From Acidobacteriota bacterium (GTDB taxonomy: Bacteria; Actinomycetota; Thermoleophilia; Solirubrobacterales; 70-9): a stretch of DNA of 34,186 bases. This document shows positions 30,361 through 34,186 of the stretch, piece by piece (positions within the stretch are counted from its first letter, which is position 1; each line of letters opens with the position of its first letter). The notes under the pieces were generated by a model. The model saw only the letters and a program-made list of their open reading frames with translations. It was not told the DNA's origin and searched no databases. The stretch spans positions 1 to 34,186 of the forward strand of contig JBGUDX010000001.1 in NCBI GenBank assembly GCA_041821645.1, read 5' to 3'. A program made the position numbers and the translations under genes.

Positions 30361-31365
30361 ATGGAAGTCCCTCTTCTGATAGTCAGCTTCGCGATAATTC
30401 TCGCCGGAGCGCTGCTTTTCACCAACGCGATCGAGTGGCTGGGCCACAAGCTGAACCTGGGTGAGGGCGCGGTCGGTTCGATTCTGGCCGCGGTCGGCAC
30501 GGCCATGCCGGAGACCCTGATCCCGATCGTGGCGATCATCGGCGGCGTGGCCGGTAGCGACGAGGTCGCGGTCGGCGCGATCGTCGGTGCCCCATTCCTG
30601 CTGGCCACGGTGGCGATGGCCCTGGTCGGGATATCCGCGCTCGCTTACATCAAGCGGCGGCCCCAGGGCCGTCACCTCGACGTTCACGTCGAGACGCTCG
30701 ACCGGGACCTGCTCTTCTTCATGGTCTTCTTTTCGATCGCGCTGGTCATCGGCGTGGTCGAGACTCCCACCTGGGTGGAGATCTCAGCCGGAGCCATCTT
30801 CCTGCTGGCCTATGTCTGGTACGTATGGATGACCATCAGAAACGGCGGTGACGTCTCGGAGCACCACGAGATGGATCCCCTGTACATGGATCGCCGGGAC
30901 GACCGGACCTCGAGCGGCCCTCCGAACGGGATCATGATCCTGCAGCTGTTGATCGGCCTTGGGGCGATGGTCGGGGGAGCCCATCTGTTCGTTGAGGAGC
31001 TGATCCACCTGGCCGATTCGATCGGGGCTTCGGCGATCGTGCTCTCGCTGATCCTGGCCCCGCTGGCGACCGAGCTCCCGGAGAAGGCGAACAGCTTCTT
31101 CTGGGTCCGGGAAGGGAAGGACTCGCTGGCGCTGGGCAACATCACCGGGGCGATGGTCTTTCAGTCGACGATTCCGGTCTTCGTCGGCATGGTCTTCATC
31201 GACTGGTCGCTGGACAAGTACGCGGTCATGTCGATGCTGCTCGGACTGGCCGGAGGGGTGGTCGCGTACTGGGCCCTGCGGCGCCGGAGCGAGTTCGGCA
31301 AGATCTCGATCACCCTCTGGGCGCTGCTTTACACCGCGTTCCTGGTGTTCGTCGTGCTCACCTGA
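30361..31365 (+). CDS. CaCA-family cation/Ca2+ exchanger membrane protein (YrbG-like)
   Basis: Two alpha-repeat-like motifs, 'GTAMPETLIPIVA' and 'LATELPEKANSF', in two 5-TM halves. The ATG directly abuts the upstream TAG. Confidence 0.8.
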   Translation: MEVPLLIVSFAIILAGALLFTNAIEWLGHKLNLGEGAVGSILAAVGTAMPETLIPIVAIIGGVAGSDEVAVGAIVGAPFLLATVAMALVGISALAYIKRRPQGRHLDVHVETLDRDLLFFMVFFSIALVIGVVETPTWVEISAGAIFLLAYVWYVWMTIRNGGDVSEHHEMDPLYMDRRDDRTSSGPPNGIMILQLLIGLGAMVGGAHLFVEELIHLADSIGASAIVLSLILAPLATELPEKANSFFWVREGKDSLALGNITGAMVFQSTIPVFVGMVFIDWSLDKYAVMSMLLGLAGGVVAYWALRRRSEFGKISITLWALLYTAFLVFVVLT

Positions 31366-31374
31366 GCGAGGCGT

Positions 31375-32172
31375 TCAGACCGGGCTGCCCAGGGCCAGAA
31401 GGAAGGGCAGGGTGACGCGGAAGCCGGACCGGTCCTCGTTGGCGGCGCGCAGGCCGGCCAGGCATTCCTCGCGCAACCCGGAGCGGTCTGATTCATCGAG
31501 CAGGTCCAGGGCCTCGAGCCAGAACGGGTGATGGGCAAACCAGGCCTCGTTCTGCGCTTCCGGCGATTCGGCCGTGATCGTCAGCGCCTGCCGGTCGCAT
31601 CGGATCGAGATTCCGTGCTCCGCGAACAGCATGCGCAGCTGGTCCCGGTCGCCCCAGTCGAATGGCGGGGCCTCGTCCGCCTCGTCAGATTCTCCTGCCG
31701 GCTGCTCGAGGGCGGGGCCGACCCATTTCTGGAATATCGACTGAATACCGGCCATCGGCCCCTCGTCGAGCCAGGTGGTGATCGCGAGCCTGCCGTTGGG
31801 ACCAAGGATCCGGGCCACTTCCGCGGTCGCCTGCTCCGGCCGCTCGGCGAAGATCAGCCCGAACACCGAAGTCACAACGTCGAACGAGTCTTCGGCGAAG
31901 GGCAGTTCGTGGAAGTCGCCCTCGATCCAGTCGACGCGGAGGTCTTCGGCCTCGGCCCGGCCCGCCGCCACCTCGAGCAGCCGCGGGGCGCCGTCGAGTC
32001 CGGTCACCCTGGCGTCGCGCCGGGCGCCGACCAGAGCCGCGTTGCCGGTGCCGCAGGCCAGGTCGAGCAGCTTCAGATTCTCGACGGGCTCGGCCGCGTC
32101 GATCACCAGCGGAGCGACCGGGGCGCTCTGCGACGCGGTCAGCTCGTATGAACCCCGGCCCCAGTCCGTCAT
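31375..32172 (-). CDS. class I SAM-dependent methyltransferase
   Basis: Motif I 'LLDLACGTGNAAL', motif II-like 'FDVVTSVFGLIF', 'LGPNGRLAITTW'. Confidence 0.85.
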   Translation of the reverse strand: MTDWGRGSYELTASQSAPVAPLVIDAAEPVENLKLLDLACGTGNAALVGARRDARVTGLDGAPRLLEVAAGRAEAEDLRVDWIEGDFHELPFAEDSFDVVTSVFGLIFAERPEQATAEVARILGPNGRLAITTWLDEGPMAGIQSIFQKWVGPALEQPAGESDEADEAPPFDWGDRDQLRMLFAEHGISIRCDRQALTITAESPEAQNEAWFAHHPFWLEALDLLDESDRSGLREECLAGLRAANEDRSGFRVTLPFLLALGSPV

Positions 32173-32175
32173 GTG

Positions 32176-32649
32176 TCAGGCGGTGGTGTTGATCTCGACC
32201 AGTGCCTTGAGCACTACGTCGTCATGTCGCTTGGGCTGGACCTTGGGAAAGACCCGGGCAACCTTGCCGTCGGGCCCGATGATGAATGTCGACCGCTCGA
32301 CCCCCATGTACTTGTTGCCGTACATCGATTTCTCGATCCAGGTCCCGTAGAGCTCAGCCACCTTGTGGTCTCGGTCGGCCAGAAGGGTGAAGCCGAGGCC
32401 ATGCTCATCGTCAAACTTCTTGATCGCCTTGACATCGTCCGGCGAGACTCCGATCACGGTCGCCCCGGCATTGCGATACTCGTTGCGGCGGTCGCGGATG
32501 CCGCCGGCCTGGGTTGTGCACCCCGAGGAGCCCGCCTTGGGGTAGAAGTAGAGAACGACCGTTTTTCCAGCAAGACCGGACAGGATCACGTTCCTGCCGT
32601 TCTGGTCTTTCAGAGTGAAGTCCGGGGCTTTCGATCCTGCCTCAAGCAC
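32176..32649 (-). CDS. bcp: thioredoxin-dependent thiol peroxidase (peroxiredoxin Bcp)
   Basis: 'KTVVLYFYPKAGSSGCTTQ' (peroxidatic Cys motif), 'GVSPDDVKAIKKFDDEHGLGFTLLADRDHKVAELYG'. Confidence 0.9.
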   Translation of the reverse strand: MLEAGSKAPDFTLKDQNGRNVILSGLAGKTVVLYFYPKAGSSGCTTQAGGIRDRRNEYRNAGATVIGVSPDDVKAIKKFDDEHGLGFTLLADRDHKVAELYGTWIEKSMYGNKYMGVERSTFIIGPDGKVARVFPKVQPKRHDDVVLKALVEINTTA

Positions 32650-32658
32650 ACCGGGATT

Positions 32659-33540
32659 CTAGGCGATCAGGGTACAGGCGAGGAGGTCGGCCAGCGACGC
32701 CCCGCAGCAACCGTCCGGGTCTTTCTCCGGATTGAAGCAGGCGACGCTCGCGCCGACCACCGAAGCGCTCTCCGCCAGGGGGAGCAGGATCGCCTTCAGC
32801 TCGGGCAGGCTGAGCCCGTCGTCCATCAGGTAGTCGGTGGCGGGGAAGGCTCTGGAGTCGAGGACGTCGACGTCCAGGTGAATCCAGTACCGGTGGTCTC
32901 CGGCTCCGAGCTCGGCCGCCACCGACGATCCGACCCGGGCCAGATCGGCGTGGCGGAGCGCATTGCGGTCCTCGATCCTGCCGATCCCGCAGCCCGAGGG
33001 CAGCGGCGCGATCATCTCGAGTTCCTCCCGGTCCCGTGCGCCGATCAGGGCGACCGTGGCCGGATCCAGCAGCGGCTCCGGACCGAGCGCATTGAGCATC
33101 TCCGGCGGGGCCATCCCGAGGGCGACCGCGACCGGCATGTCGGCGCCCTCTCCGGTGGGCGATGTCTGCCCGGTGAACAGGTCGAGGTGTCCGTCGAGGC
33201 AGGCCAGGCCGACCTGCCCGAATGAGTCGCGGGCTCCGGCGAGCGCGCCGGGCAGCAGGGTGCAGCAGCCGCCCAGAACCACCGGGATCCGGCCTCTTTC
33301 AGTCAGCTCTCCGACCCGGGCCCTGACTTCGGTGGTCACGCCGAGGACGTCTTCGAAGGCCAGCCAGCCGTTGCCGGGATCGCGTTCCAGGCCGCGGATC
33401 TGCCGTCCGGTGTCGCCGGCGTCAGCCAGACCGGTGGGTGCGAGCAGTTCCCTCAGGCGGCCGGGCCCGAGCTCGGTGCCGCCAGCTTCCCCGACGCTGT
33501 CGATCGGCACCCCCAGCAGGGTCAGCCGATCTCGGTCCAT
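32659..33540 (-). CDS. arginase/agmatinase/formiminoglutamase-fold (ureohydrolase family) protein, atypical first metal motif
   Basis: 'CLDGHLDLF' (DxHxD) and 'WIHLDVDVLD' (DxD) motifs are present. The position of the GGDHS motif reads 'LGGCCTL'. Confidence 0.8.
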   Translation of the reverse strand: MDRDRLTLLGVPIDSVGEAGGTELGPGRLRELLAPTGLADAGDTGRQIRGLERDPGNGWLAFEDVLGVTTEVRARVGELTERGRIPVVLGGCCTLLPGALAGARDSFGQVGLACLDGHLDLFTGQTSPTGEGADMPVAVALGMAPPEMLNALGPEPLLDPATVALIGARDREELEMIAPLPSGCGIGRIEDRNALRHADLARVGSSVAAELGAGDHRYWIHLDVDVLDSRAFPATDYLMDDGLSLPELKAILLPLAESASVVGASVACFNPEKDPDGCCGASLADLLACTLIA

Positions 33541-33872
33541 CAGTCTTCCCGGCCGGGATCCTGGCCTTCTTCGCCTTCATTCGTGTCGGCGTCGCCCTGT
33601 TCGAGGGCGGTGGACGAAACCGATCCGTCGCTTCCGGAGTGGTAGTGCACCTGGAAACTTTCGAGCAGTTCATCCCGACGCTGCTCGTCAACCGCGGTCT
33701 CCTCGGCGATCCGGACCCACTCCGCCCCCTCGAAGGCCTCCATGTTGAAGATCTCCTGATCGATCGAGGCCGAATCGTCGATGATCAGCACCACCTCGGT
33801 CTGGGGATTGAAGTAGGTGCCCGGCTGAACAGCCAGTTCCTCCAACTCGTACCTGGAACCTTCGCTTTTCAT
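33540..33872 (-). CDS. hypothetical acidic protein
   Basis: GC3-rich ORF. The ATG at 33872 is preceded by AGGA plus 7 nt (the ORF track starts at GTG 33878). Its stop overlaps the start of the arginase-like gene by 1 nt (TGATG). Confidence 0.5.
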   Translation of the reverse strand: MKSEGSRYELEELAVQPGTYFNPQTEVVLIIDDSASIDQEIFNMEAFEGAEWVRIAEETAVDEQRRDELLESFQVHYHSGSDGSVSSTALEQGDADTNEGEEGQDPGRED

Positions 33873-33909
33873 GTTCACATCCTAACCCGGATAGGACGGG
33901 CCGGTCCGC

Positions 33910-34186
33910 TCAGCTCCACTCACGCAGACGGCGCTCCACCTCGGCTTCGACGTCGAGTGGTACCTCGCCCCGGCGCTCGCGGCGTTCGTTGTTGGCGATC
34001 ACCAGCTGTCGGACTTCGCTACGGACGCCCCCGGGGTCGCCGCCGGCCGCCTCGTCGTCCGTGGCTGCCTCCCCGGACCCGGTTCGCCCGGCCGGCCCGT
34101 CGCCCGCGAGCGGGTCGGTCGGGTCGGGATCGTCCTCCGGTGCGATCCCCAGCAGCCGGTCCGTCTCTGCCACAACGTCGAGCTGC
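33910..34186 (-). CDS. hypothetical acidic protein, possibly truncated at its 5' end by the window edge
   Basis: The ORF is open to the window edge. The first in-window start is the GTG at 34173. No recognisable family. Confidence 0.3.
   Translation of the reverse strand, partial: QLDVVAETDRLLGIAPEDDPDPTDPLAGDGPAGRTGSGEAATDDEAAGGDPGGVRSEVRQLVIANNERRERRGEVPLDVEAEVERRLREWS

Noticed and set aside
32173-33225. 350-aa plus-strand ORF.
   Set aside because: It is antisense to bcp and the arginase-fold gene, both of which have diagnostic motifs.

Overview
This is a very GC-rich, gene-dense chromosomal window with strong G/C bias at the third codon position. It looks actinobacterial: an mIHF-type nucleoid protein, YrbE/Mkl and MMPL lipid-transport genes, lipobox lipoproteins, TANNNT-N6-ATG leaderless-type promoters, and many ATGA/TTGA/TAATG start-stop overlaps. 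I can support 37 CDS in about 12 transcription units, one 5 x 12-bp in-frame tandem repeat, a few GC-rich hairpins and some candidate promoters or operators. I see no rRNA, tRNA, CRISPR array, transposase, integrase or phage genes, and no recognisable known defence system. All product calls come from reading motifs in the supplied translations; no database search was run.

Gene content:
- An aldehyde dehydrogenase.
- A lipoprotein plus two tandem PQQ-type sugar dehydrogenase paralogues.
- A yrbE-yrbE-mkl ABC module directly coupled to an MMPL transporter and a redoxin-fold protein.
- A small membrane protein and mihF.
- A serine-palmitoyltransferase-like alpha-oxoamine synthase, divergent from a DrrA/ABC-2 exporter, an alpha/beta hydrolase and a GNAT-fold protein.
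- An AlkA-like glycosylase.
- A NitT/TauT-type ABC importer, divergent from TauE, a Cys-less Rrf2 regulator and an Excalibur-SNase lipoprotein.
- A MoxR/VWA(CoxE-like) pair, PPK2, an ArsA-HSP20 fusion and a CxxxCPxC protein.
- A lipoprotein plus a CaCA antiporter.
- A methyltransferase, Bcp, an atypical arginase-fold protein and an acidic protein.

Best candidates for undescribed biology:
1. The MCE-less YrbE/Mkl ABC module, translationally coupled to an MMPL protein and a degenerate redoxin (5115-11016).
2. The SPT-like, exporter, Asp-hydrolase and GNAT locus, a possible sphingoid or aminolipid pathway in an actinobacterium (12116-18315).
3. The MoxR-VWA / PPK2 / ArsA-HSP20 / Cys-motif neighbourhood, with a 52-bp back-to-back leaderless promoter pair (24843-29700).
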